Shown: piece by piece, positions 44,839 through 54,009 of the stretch
Layout of the letters: each line of letters begins with the position of its first letter
Numbering within the stretch: position 1 is the first letter of the stretch
Source of the DNA: Promethearchaeota archaeon
GTDB lineage: Archaea > Asgardarchaeota > Thorarchaeia > Thorarchaeales > Thorarchaeaceae
Direction of reading: 5' to 3'
Length of the DNA stretch: 64,000 nucleotides
NCBI GenBank assembly: GCA_048939765.1
Contig: JBHLPF010000015.1
Span: 13,457-77,456 of the forward strand
Made by a program: the position numbers and the translations under genes
The notes under the pieces: generated by a model
The model's database searches: none
The model's input: the letters and a program-made list of their open reading frames with translations, nothing else
Told to the model about the DNA's origin: nothing

Positions 44839-45720
44839 CTAGAATCTATTGGGAACTGGCTTTTCGCCAGAATAGTCGTAGAACCCCCTGCCAGATTTTC
44901 TACCCAACCAACCTGCACGAACCATTTTTCTTAGCAATGCAGGTGCTCTGTACTTGCTGTCTTTGAACTCATCCACAAAGTAGTCAGATATGTAGAGCAT
45001 CGTGTCAAGGCCAACAAAATCAGCAAGAGTAAGAGGTCCCATAGGCCAGTTGAGTCCAAGATGAATTGCCTTATCCATGTCCTCGACAGTCGCAATACCT
45101 TCTTGGATTGCAAATACTGCCTCATTCAGCGCCGGAACCAGCAAGCGATTGACCGCGAATCCTGGTGCTTCATTGACCAATACGGTTTCCTTCCCAATCT
45201 TGGCAGAAACTTCCTCAATGACCTTAACAGTCGATTCATCGGTTGCTTGGCCGTTAATGATCTCCACTAGCCCCATCACGGGGACTGGATTGAAGAAGTG
45301 CATGCCGATGAATAGATTTGGCCGCTCGGTGACGGCAGCCATTTGAGTAATGCTGATACTAGAAGTGTTGGAGGCCAAGATCGCATGCTTTGGAGCAGCC
45401 TCGTCGACTTCTTTCCATGTATCAAGTTTGAGCTTCACAATCTCAGGAATTGCTTCGATAACAAGATCTGCATCTTTGACAGCGTCTTTCAGGTCAAGAA
45501 CACCCTCAATCCTTCCTATGGTTGCATCAATCTCCTCCTGAGTAATCTTGCCCTTCTTGAGCCCCCGCTCAAGATTCTTCTTTATGATTGCCATCCCCTT
45601 GTCAATGAACTTCTGGTCGATGTCTCTCATCTTCACCTCGTATCCAGCCTGAGCACAAACCTGAGCAATACCATTCCCCATTTGTCCTGCACCCAGAACT
45701 GCAATCTTCTTAATCTCCAT
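44839..45720 (-). CDS. hbd: 3-hydroxybutyryl-CoA / 3-hydroxyacyl-CoA dehydrogenase
   Basis: GAGQMGNGIA, SNTSS, GMHFFNPV, PMGPL, GRKSGRGFY. Confidence 0.93.
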   Translation of the reverse strand: MEIKKIAVLGAGQMGNGIAQVCAQAGYEVKMRDIDQKFIDKGMAIIKKNLERGLKKGKITQEEIDATIGRIEGVLDLKDAVKDADLVIEAIPEIVKLKLDTWKEVDEAAPKHAILASNTSSISITQMAAVTERPNLFIGMHFFNPVPVMGLVEIINGQATDESTVKVIEEVSAKIGKETVLVNEAPGFAVNRLLVPALNEAVFAIQEGIATVEDMDKAIHLGLNWPMGPLTLADFVGLDTMLYISDYFVDEFKDSKYRAPALLRKMVRAGWLGRKSGRGFYDYSGEKPVPNRF

Positions 45721-45894
45721 AATTTCAACCTCTTACTGATGGTTAGTCTGTTTTTGGCTCGGCAATAGGTGGGTAATATGTCTGTTGCTGAGTCGAGTTG
45801 GAGGTTGATTCTCGTCCTCCATCGTTAGTCTTATTTCAGACAAGAATCGACCATCAGTTAACAGGGTACGCGCAAATAGCTTAGAGGTGATAAG

Positions 45895-46839
45895 ATGGCG
45901 ACACTTATGTCATTATTCCCAGTAATCACCACAATTGTAGCAACAATCTTCACCTATTTGGTATTTCAACAATGGAGAAGAAGAAGGAGAATTTACCAGC
46001 TACTGTGGTTCATCTCTTTAGTCATGTTCGCTGTCACTGCAGCCTTCGAAGCAATCTCAGAGTTTCTGGGCTGGAGTGTTCCAGTCTATCGGGTATATCT
46101 TGTCCTATCTGCCTCACAAGTCGCAATAATGGGGGCCGGGGCGCTTTACCTTATTCTAGCGAAGAACGTATTCTCCACCAAGGGCTTATTGGCAATTGAT
46201 GCCATCCTCATTGGAATCATAGCCTTATTCTCATGGATGATGACGTTGAGTTCCATAACCGACTATTCGGCACTGGTCTTTGGATCTATGGAGTATCCCA
46301 TTGCAGGAATTGGTACATATTTCGTTTTGGTTGTGCTGGCGTTTATATTTGGCAGGAACATGCAGCCAAACAGGAAGAAGATGCTTCATGGTCACATCTA
46401 CATCATATTTGCAATTATATTGACATTGTGGATGGGAGCATATGCAGCTGTTGCTGTGGTTGATACAGATGCGTTTGTTGCTGGAATCGCAGTGGCAGGT
46501 CATGCTATGGCCCAACATGTCAGGAATTTCTCTCCAATGCTTTCTGTGACTGGCGGATTCCTATTAATCGGCGGAGCATTCTTTTCATTCCTAAAGACGA
46601 GATTCACATTCAACCTTTGGATTGCTCTGGGTGGCCTCGCGATTTCAGTCGCGGGTGCTATTGCTAGAGGAGGTATAGAGTTTGGTAATGTTCTGTATAT
46701 TGGCGAAGTGATCGGCGTCTTTCTATTGACAAAAGGATTCGTGGATTCTGATAAGGTGATTCGAGAGAGAGCTGAACGCTCAAGGCCTGGAAACTCGGAT
46801 GATCGCTCCCTTTCTAGCGATGAGAGCGCAGATGAATGA
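45895..46839 (+). CDS. Multi-pass membrane protein of unknown function
   Basis: About 9 TM helices; gaggtga RBS. Confidence 0.75.
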   Translation: MATLMSLFPVITTIVATIFTYLVFQQWRRRRRIYQLLWFISLVMFAVTAAFEAISEFLGWSVPVYRVYLVLSASQVAIMGAGALYLILAKNVFSTKGLLAIDAILIGIIALFSWMMTLSSITDYSALVFGSMEYPIAGIGTYFVLVVLAFIFGRNMQPNRKKMLHGHIYIIFAIILTLWMGAYAAVAVVDTDAFVAGIAVAGHAMAQHVRNFSPMLSVTGGFLLIGGAFFSFLKTRFTFNLWIALGGLAISVAGAIARGGIEFGNVLYIGEVIGVFLLTKGFVDSDKVIRERAERSRPGNSDDRSLSSDESADE

Positions 46840-47004
46840 TGAGAAGAAGAGATGATTAGAGCGGTCAATGATGGCTAGGCAAACGGCAACGTTGTTCGAA
46901 TCCCCTGATTAGTATAGGGAAATGCCATCTGGACAAGATTAATACCGCCAAATGTGGATATTGCATAAAGGCCTACAGCCAGAATATAAGAACACGCCAG
47001 AGGA

Positions 47005-47757
47005 TTGAATATGTCAGATCGTCCACAGTTTCTTACAGTCACTTATTCGGACCGTGGTCTAGACGCAATGGGCTATGAGCGGAAGATGGTCCGAGAGAAG
47101 GATGTCAAGTTTGATGGAGAGGACGGCTCGATTGAGCTCACAGATATCAGACTTGTCTGGATAAAGAAGCCGTCAAAATGGGGTGCCGCAAAGAAGTTTG
47201 GTGCCCTTGCAGGAGCCGTGGCAGGTGCGGCCTTATTGGAGGGAATAGGCAGAGAAATGGGAGGAGTTGGAGGTAGAGCAGTGAGAAGCCTTGGTCGAGG
47301 CATAGGCTTTGCTGCAGTGGGTGCAGCAATTTCCACATGGACCTCAGATTCATTTTATAATAAAGACGCAAACGGTAATACCGAGAGCCTAGCGATACCC
47401 ATCCTTGCCATAAGCCAAGCCGCTCAGAGCGGAAACGAACTTATTATTGATCTAACATCCGGGGGAAATCTCCGTTTCAAATTCAAGCAGAAGAGAGTCA
47501 TTCCTTCAATCATGGCTAATATCTCATCTGCTCAAGATGCAGGGAAGTGTCCCTATTGTGGAGCTGGGAATGCATCCGGAGCCAACGCCTGCTCAAAATG
47601 TGGTGCACCCCTTGCAGGCGGCGGTGGTGGTCAGGCAGGAGCACACACCGAGAGCGTCACCATATCTACCGGCGGTGGCGGAGGCTTCTGTACAAACTGT
47701 GGTCAACCATATCCTGCAGGCGCGAAGTTCTGCGGAAGTTGCGGCCAGAAAGTCTGA
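47005..47757 (+). CDS. Zinc-ribbon protein with possible N-terminal PH/GRAM-like domain
   Basis: GSIELTDIRLVW...IPILAIS; CPYCG...CSKCG and CTNCG...FCGSCG; Gly-rich linkers. Confidence 0.7.
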   Translation: MNMSDRPQFLTVTYSDRGLDAMGYERKMVREKDVKFDGEDGSIELTDIRLVWIKKPSKWGAAKKFGALAGAVAGAALLEGIGREMGGVGGRAVRSLGRGIGFAAVGAAISTWTSDSFYNKDANGNTESLAIPILAISQAAQSGNELIIDLTSGGNLRFKFKQKRVIPSIMANISSAQDAGKCPYCGAGNASGANACSKCGAPLAGGGGGQAGAHTESVTISTGGGGGFCTNCGQPYPAGAKFCGSCGQKV

Positions 47758-47773
47758 TTTCTGAAGATCTAGC

Positions 47774-47799
47774 AAGGTCTGGCGATTCAGCCAGACCTT
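47774..47799. terminator. Perfect 10-bp inverted repeat between convergent genes
   Basis: aaggtctggc-gattca-gccagacctt. Confidence 0.55.
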
Positions 47800-47802
47800 C
47801 TC

Positions 47803-48558
47803 TCATCTGAAGAGGTCTTCCTCTTTTGCTCGTGGTATGTCCTTAGCTGTTTCATGTCCGCTTCTGTATTTGTAGCCCCTAACCACGACGACTGGCATTC
47901 CCTCATCTGCTTGTCCCATCAAGGGTTCTGTTGCTGAAGCTATTTCGTCAATCTGACAGACCATCGACCTTTGCAGCGGCTTCCCATAGAGGTCCAGCTT
48001 TCCTCTGTTATGCTTGAACGCATTGATGCCAGCACATCCAATAGCAATATTGATTGAGCCCTCTCTCCAAGGTCTCCCCTGCGTATCAGTTATGATGACC
48101 GCTAGTTCGAGACCTGTTTGATCCTTGAGATTCGTTAGAATAGAAGCAGCACTTGCATCGGGGTCTTTTGGAAGCAAGATGAAGCTGTCTGGAGGCGCAT
48201 TTGATTTGTCGACTCCGCTAAAGTTGCAAATGAGACCTGAATCGGTTTCAGTGATCAACACACCTCGGTTCCTTAGCACGAGTCGGCTTTCCCTCAATGC
48301 CAGCTCGACCTGAACTGGATCAAATCCATTGGATTCTGCAATCTCCTTTGCTCTGCCGGAAATCTGCACGGAATCGCGGTGTACGACTCTGCCTTCTGCC
48401 TTCGAAACAATGGAATGAGCTATGACAAGGATGTCTCCCGCGTTCAATGCAAGTTTGGATTTGCTAAGGCACTTTAGAATTGCAGATGCTAGATCCATTC
48501 CTTTCTCAATCTCAGGGATATTCGGAATGCTGAATAGCTGGATTCCCACTTGCGGCAA
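47803..48558 (-). CDS. cofE: Coenzyme F420-0:L-glutamate ligase
   Basis: IVSKAEGR, SGVDKSN, LLPKDPDASA, TDTQGRPWREG, DEIASA, DLFR. Confidence 0.93.
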   Translation of the reverse strand: MPQVGIQLFSIPNIPEIEKGMDLASAILKCLSKSKLALNAGDILVIAHSIVSKAEGRVVHRDSVQISGRAKEIAESNGFDPVQVELALRESRLVLRNRGVLITETDSGLICNFSGVDKSNAPPDSFILLPKDPDASAASILTNLKDQTGLELAVIITDTQGRPWREGSINIAIGCAGINAFKHNRGKLDLYGKPLQRSMVCQIDEIASATEPLMGQADEGMPVVVVRGYKYRSGHETAKDIPRAKEEDLFR

Positions 48559-48793
48559 CCTCTCGTGTTTCAGATGTCAAATGTGCACGGTAGGCGAAAA
48601 ACCTACCCTTAGCCAATATATTCTGCCCTAGACTCCTCCCAGATGGGTATTATGACGGGAAAACAATAAATGCGATATAGAGGAACTCCTGAGAGTCAAG
48701 AAACACCGTATTGTGCCTTATCTGGGGTTATAAGTCGGTAAGGGAATGTTAAACCAATATGCTTGAGCACAGCTTTCAACGGAGTGAATAGCC

Positions 48794-50839
48794 ATGAGTT
48801 CAAAGAAGAAGAAATCCAACCAGGCGAGGAAGAAATCAGCCCCTCGTAAGCAGTCGGCCTCGGATCCAGTCGCGACAGGAGCAGGGGATATTCGCCAAGG
48901 TACAATTGCCAAGTTCATGCGGAAAAGAACTCAGCTAGTGGGCTTTGAAACTGGCTTAAACAAACATACCCAATTTGCCATCGAGTTCCTAGATAATGCG
49001 ATTGACGCAGTGGAGAGCTGGTGGTGGAAGGCCAGCCGACACCCACGGCTAGATGACCAATTGGATCCAAAATATATCGAGGAAATCCGTACAAAGCTTG
49101 ATGGAACTCTTCATGATTCAATTGCTCTAAGCAAGCAGCTAGAGAAGGATGTGAGGGAAGGCAAGGAAGTCGAGATCCCCCCTCGGAGAAGGGAAACTCT
49201 GCAGGACCGCCTTACAACCTTCAGGAAGTTTCTGATTCCTTTCAGGGGATTGATTAGCAGACGAGAGCCCTTCTGCGTCATTCAACTCACTGAGGTTCAG
49301 ATGCCTGACCTTGTCCCGCTTGACGATGAAGAGGGATTCAAGGTCTACGAGTTCGCATGCTTCGATAATGGAGTGGGCATGGTTCCGGCCGATTTGGAGA
49401 AGTATGGCATATATCTCGCCTCAAGCAAATCTGAGAAGCTAAGGCAGACTCGAGGGAGTCAGGGATTCGGCGCTCCATCTGCCTTTAGCGATGCCCAGAA
49501 TACAACTGGGAAGCCCATCTTCACAATTTCAAAGCGTTTCAATGTAGCAGAGGCTACAGTTACAGACTTCTACACGACAACTGCAAACACAAAGGAGTAC
49601 GTAAGCGGACCAATCAACATGGAACTACCTTTTGAGCATGGGACCTATATCAAACTCAACTATCTGAATATCCAATATCGGCGTGGATATGCTGATACCT
49701 ACGTTGAGATGGCATCGCTGCTCAACTCTCATGTGACACTCGTCTTCATTGACCCCTATGGGGACGTCCGTATTTATCCGAGAAGGGTGAAGGAATTTCC
49801 TGATGAGCCAAAGTACGCACAGCCTCATCCAGCAAGCATTCGTATCGGTGAGTTCCAGGACCTACTCCGTGAATCCCCAGAGCCAGATTTGCGAAGCTTC
49901 CTGACAAAAGCCTTTGTGAGGTTGAGTGGAAACAAGGCAAAGACCATCATCGGCAATGCAAACAAAGAGTTGCGGAAGCGGCATCAGGATACACTAAGCG
50001 CTAAAACACCCACCGATTCCCTGTCAAAGATGGAAATAGAACTGCTCTACAAGTCATTCTCCGGAGAGGACTACATTGCACCACCAACTGATACAGTAGT
50101 CCCAGTTGGAGAAGAGGTCTTTGAGCAGACCATACACATGGCTTATGAGCCAGATTTCGCTACAGCAGTTACAAGAAAGCCTACTTCTGGGAAAGGCCTA
50201 TCTTTTGCGGTAGAGGTGTGTATTGCCTATGGAGGGAGTATCAGACCAGCAACTTCTGCCCCAATGGTCCTGTGGCGGTTTGTGAACCGTGTTCCAAAGC
50301 TCAGAGACAACAGTGACTGTGCAACTTGGAAGGCAACAGCATCGGTGAATTGGAAGAACTACAAGGTCCAGACCTTTGACAATGGCATTCCGCGAGGGCC
50401 CATTATGGTGTTTATCCATGTGGCAGGAGCATACGTTCACGTGATGTTCAAGGGGCAGAGTAAGCAAGCGCTTGCAGAGGATGAAGTGCTGCTACGTGAG
50501 ATTAAGTTGGCCCTCGAAGATGCAGGTAGAAGATTCAGACGCTTCATTACAAGACGAGAAACGGCAAAGCGAAAGGCGAAGCGTGCGGGCATTCTTGCCA
50601 TGTATGCGGATCAATTCTCACAGAGTCTCGCTGCAATCGCAAATGACGGAAAGAAGAAACCAGTGTTCGATGCAGAAATTGTGGCGAGAAAGATACGTGA
50701 CTCCATCACAGGAATTGAAACCACCGATGACCAAGAGGAAACAGAAACCGATGCGCGAGGTACCGACCTCATTGCTGATGTCCCTCTTGGAGATGGAGAT
50801 GACGATATACTTGAAGTTTCAGCGGAGGGCGGTGATTAA
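48794..50839 (+). CDS. top6B: DNA topoisomerase VI subunit B with large insertion
   Basis: GHKL motifs EFLDNAIDA, DNGVG, QTRGSQGFG; RFVNRVP; FKGQSKQA. Confidence 0.92.
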   Translation: MSSKKKKSNQARKKSAPRKQSASDPVATGAGDIRQGTIAKFMRKRTQLVGFETGLNKHTQFAIEFLDNAIDAVESWWWKASRHPRLDDQLDPKYIEEIRTKLDGTLHDSIALSKQLEKDVREGKEVEIPPRRRETLQDRLTTFRKFLIPFRGLISRREPFCVIQLTEVQMPDLVPLDDEEGFKVYEFACFDNGVGMVPADLEKYGIYLASSKSEKLRQTRGSQGFGAPSAFSDAQNTTGKPIFTISKRFNVAEATVTDFYTTTANTKEYVSGPINMELPFEHGTYIKLNYLNIQYRRGYADTYVEMASLLNSHVTLVFIDPYGDVRIYPRRVKEFPDEPKYAQPHPASIRIGEFQDLLRESPEPDLRSFLTKAFVRLSGNKAKTIIGNANKELRKRHQDTLSAKTPTDSLSKMEIELLYKSFSGEDYIAPPTDTVVPVGEEVFEQTIHMAYEPDFATAVTRKPTSGKGLSFAVEVCIAYGGSIRPATSAPMVLWRFVNRVPKLRDNSDCATWKATASVNWKNYKVQTFDNGIPRGPIMVFIHVAGAYVHVMFKGQSKQALAEDEVLLREIKLALEDAGRRFRRFITRRETAKRKAKRAGILAMYADQFSQSLAAIANDGKKKPVFDAEIVARKIRDSITGIETTDDQEETETDARGTDLIADVPLGDGDDDILEVSAEGGD

Positions 50840-53001
50840 TGGCCCGAAAGAAGAAATCAGAGCAAACTGAAACAGTTCAAGAAACTCTGGGAGATTTTGT
50901 CGAGCCCAAGAAGAAGCCAGCGAAGAAGTCTTCAAAGAAACCCACCACGAAGGAATCCACAAAGAAGTCTGCCAAAGAAGCCGTCAAACCCCAGGCGAAG
51001 AAAACCGCCGCTAAGAAGAAACCGGCTAAGAAGCCCGCTGAAAAGCCTGCAGAGAAGTCAGCTCCTGAAACTGTAGATACGGATACAGGACCATCACTGA
51101 AGGTACTGCCCGGTGTTGGCCAGAAGCTTGAAGAGAAACTTATCGTTGCCAATTATGATACCGTAGACAAGATTTCGCGGGCTCGGTCTACAACCATGGC
51201 GAAGAAGGTAGATGGACTCAGTCTTCCAGGTGCCAAGAAGCTTATCGCTGCCGCAAAGGAAGTAGTCAAGGGTGGGCCACCTCCTGCTCCTGATTTGGAG
51301 CCTCCAACTGATGCTGGAGAAACTGATGCTGAAGATATTGATGCAAGCCCTGAGGCAAGAATCAAATTGACAGATCTGCCTGGCGTCGGGGAGAAGCTCG
51401 CCAAGGAATTGGAGCGGTCTGGCTACAACACAGTCGCAAGATTATCGCGCTCCAGGCCAAGCTCTGTGGCCAAGGTGGTTGATGGTCTCAGCCTAAAGAA
51501 AGCGACCATTTTGGTGGATGCGTCAATAGAGCTTGTTCGTGAGGCCGAGATGATGGCCATATCCGAAACGATTGCTCCAAAGCCTAAGCCCAAGGAGGAA
51601 GCTGAGCCTAAGGAAACAACGCCCGAAAAAGAGCCTGAGCCTAAGAAAGCCCCAACGCCCAAGAAGGAGAAACCTCCAGAGAAGCCTTCTATAAAGCCCG
51701 ACACGCCAATGAAGTCCAAGAAGCCGAAGAAGTTGGTCCAGGAGCCAGCTGTTGAAGCACCCAGGAAGAGTACGGCAAAGAAGAAGAAGTCCGGTCTTCC
51801 TGTCCCTGAAGCGGTTAAGTCTCTTGAAAAGGAGATGAAGAGGAAGTGGAAGGCAGCAGCCAAACGAAAGGCTGCGATTGAAGCAGGAGAGCTTCCCGAG
51901 GAAGAGATTGCACCTCTCAAGGAAACAGTAGAAGTCATAGGTTTAACTTCTGACCAAACCCAGAATGAGCTCGTAGAGGTAGCGATGGAAGTTCTTAATG
52001 AAGCAATGATGACTGGACGACCTGAGTTTGAGATTCCCAGCCGATCAGGTGACAATATTGTCTGGGATGAGATAAGAGACCTGCTACTACTTGGTATGAA
52101 GACAGTCGCCCGGCCTTACCATTCTCTAGCCTCCGTGGTTGATGCCACGCGTACTGCTAGAGTCATGGAAATAGTCTACGATCTCCTGAAGTCGAATTTG
52201 CATGCAACCAAACGAGAGGTATTCTATAGTGATGTCAACCTATTCAGAGAACAAAAGCGAAGTGACAAGATTATTGAAGATGTTGCTTCAATGATACACA
52301 CGACTCGAGACAGTATACATGTGGTGGCCTCTGCTAGAGGTTCCGCGATGGGCAGAGTTGTAATACGTGACAGCGGCGACACTATTGACCTGACTAGGAT
52401 GGGGACAGGTGGTTGGGCTATCACTCCTTTCTTGGACCAAGTCGAGATTCTGGAAAGCGATGCTGAGTTCATCCTCCTCTCTGAGAAAGACGCAGCAGTT
52501 ATGCGACTGGCAGAGGCGAAATATTGGAATAGGCAGCCTTGCATTGTCTTGACGGGAAAAGGTTCAGGTGACATTGCGACTCGTGCCTTCCTCCGAATGC
52601 TTGTGAAAGAGCTAGAGATACCCGCATTCGCCTTGGTGGACTCAGATCCTTATGGTCATTACATATACTCTGTCTTTCTGCGAGGTAGCAAGCGACTCAG
52701 CTATGAGTCCCCCTTCATTGCTACTCCTGAGTTGAAGCTTCTAGGGGTCTTGAGCCGTGATCTTGAGGAATATAACATTCCAAAATCAGTTCGGATACCA
52801 ATGGAGCCGACAGACATCAAGCGTGTGAGAGACATGCTCAACGAACCTTTCGTGCAGGCCAACAAGGCATGGGTGAAGGATCTAAAGTTGATGTTGAAGC
52901 TCAAGGAGAAGGCAGAGATTCAGGCATTCGCAAGCCATAGCTTTGAATACCTCACTGATGACTATCTACCTCGCAAGCTTGAAACCGGCGATTGGATTTA
53001 A
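50839..53001 (+). CDS. top6A: DNA topoisomerase VI subunit A (Spo11 family) with long N-terminal extension containing two HhH domains
   Basis: TKREVFY (catalytic Tyr), SEKDA, TGKG, DSDPYG, KAEIQA; TAATG coupling to top6B. Confidence 0.93.
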   Translation: MARKKKSEQTETVQETLGDFVEPKKKPAKKSSKKPTTKESTKKSAKEAVKPQAKKTAAKKKPAKKPAEKPAEKSAPETVDTDTGPSLKVLPGVGQKLEEKLIVANYDTVDKISRARSTTMAKKVDGLSLPGAKKLIAAAKEVVKGGPPPAPDLEPPTDAGETDAEDIDASPEARIKLTDLPGVGEKLAKELERSGYNTVARLSRSRPSSVAKVVDGLSLKKATILVDASIELVREAEMMAISETIAPKPKPKEEAEPKETTPEKEPEPKKAPTPKKEKPPEKPSIKPDTPMKSKKPKKLVQEPAVEAPRKSTAKKKKSGLPVPEAVKSLEKEMKRKWKAAAKRKAAIEAGELPEEEIAPLKETVEVIGLTSDQTQNELVEVAMEVLNEAMMTGRPEFEIPSRSGDNIVWDEIRDLLLLGMKTVARPYHSLASVVDATRTARVMEIVYDLLKSNLHATKREVFYSDVNLFREQKRSDKIIEDVASMIHTTRDSIHVVASARGSAMGRVVIRDSGDTIDLTRMGTGGWAITPFLDQVEILESDAEFILLSEKDAAVMRLAEAKYWNRQPCIVLTGKGSGDIATRAFLRMLVKELEIPAFALVDSDPYGHYIYSVFLRGSKRLSYESPFIATPELKLLGVLSRDLEEYNIPKSVRIPMEPTDIKRVRDMLNEPFVQANKAWVKDLKLMLKLKEKAEIQAFASHSFEYLTDDYLPRKLETGDWI

Positions 53002-53094
53002 TCTCCAGCTCTGTCATCAGTTCCCATTTGACAAAAGGCATAAGGGACTATAACTTGGTCAAGCCACATTACTATAGTGAATTGTGGAGGAATA

Positions 53095-54009
53095 ATGTTG
53101 GTTGTGTCAGACCTTGGCATAGAAGTCATAGATGGCCATGCTCATTTCATCACTTACAATACAGTCAAGGAGTGGTTCTCAGATCCGGAGGTTCTGGAGA
53201 GGGCTAGGCAACGAGTCAGCTTTCAGACCGATATGCGAGAGTTCACCCTGCCCGACGAACCCTGGGACACTGGAGAGATGTGGATTAAGGAGCTTGATAA
53301 ATACGGAATATCCGCTATAGGAATGATGATTGGCCCGGAGAGCTGGGATGAATTTCTTACCACACGGAAGAAGTATCCTGGTCGATTCATGGGATACGCA
53401 AACGTCAATCCAGCTTTAGAGGACGCGGTTGAAACCGTGAAGCGTGCGGGTAGAGATGGTTTCCAAGGAATCAAGCTATACCCCAGTTCATGGGACTTCC
53501 ATGTTTATGATGATCGTGTCTATCCAATTTACGAGGAAGCACTTCGCCAAAAACTCCTAGTGATACTTCACTTTGGCATCACGATAGGCAACCAAGCAAA
53601 TCTTCGATACGGGAATCCGCTTGATATTCAGAAACCTGCACAAGACTTTCCTGACCTCAACTTCATGATTGCTCATTTTGGAGCTGGTTTCTTTCGAGAG
53701 GTTTTGATGTTATTCTACCAGACGCATAATGTAGTTGTGGACTCAAGTGGCAGTAACATGTGGATGACCTATCTTCCGTATGACTTGACTATAACAAAGA
53801 TTTATGAAAAGGCGATGAAGGCCGGAGGGTCATGCAGAATTGTCTTTGGAACTGACTCCTCGTTCTTCCCTAGAGGGTTCCGATACAACATCCTGGAGGA
53901 GCAATATAATGCAGTCAAAACCCTTTGTCCGCAGCTATGTTACACAGAAGAAGATGTGGATTTGATATTTCGCGGAAACATATTGCGACTGACGGGTTTC
54001 AAACAATAG
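53095..54009 (+). CDS. Amidohydrolase_2 family metal-dependent hydrolase
   Basis: IDGHAH, GIKLYP, LHFG, IAHFG, FGTDS; ggagg RBS before ATG 53095. Confidence 0.9.
   Translation: MLVVSDLGIEVIDGHAHFITYNTVKEWFSDPEVLERARQRVSFQTDMREFTLPDEPWDTGEMWIKELDKYGISAIGMMIGPESWDEFLTTRKKYPGRFMGYANVNPALEDAVETVKRAGRDGFQGIKLYPSSWDFHVYDDRVYPIYEEALRQKLLVILHFGITIGNQANLRYGNPLDIQKPAQDFPDLNFMIAHFGAGFFREVLMLFYQTHNVVVDSSGSNMWMTYLPYDLTITKIYEKAMKAGGSCRIVFGTDSSFFPRGFRYNILEEQYNAVKTLCPQLCYTEEDVDLIFRGNILRLTGFKQ

Noticed and set aside
46894-46904. GTTCGAATCCC, a tRNA T-loop-like sequence in an intergenic gap
   Set aside because: Flanks do not form a T stem, and no acceptor, D or anticodon arms can be built
49010-49350. Top6B insertion as an intein
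   Set aside because: No N-terminal Cys splice block, no terminal His-Asn followed by Cys/Ser/Thr, no LAGLIDADG motif
51423-52055. Long antisense ORFs (e.g. 210 aa here, 199 aa at 54686, 187-193 aa at 42455-44781)
   Set aside because: Shadow frames of well-supported genes, with low-complexity Ser/Phe-rich composition and no motifs
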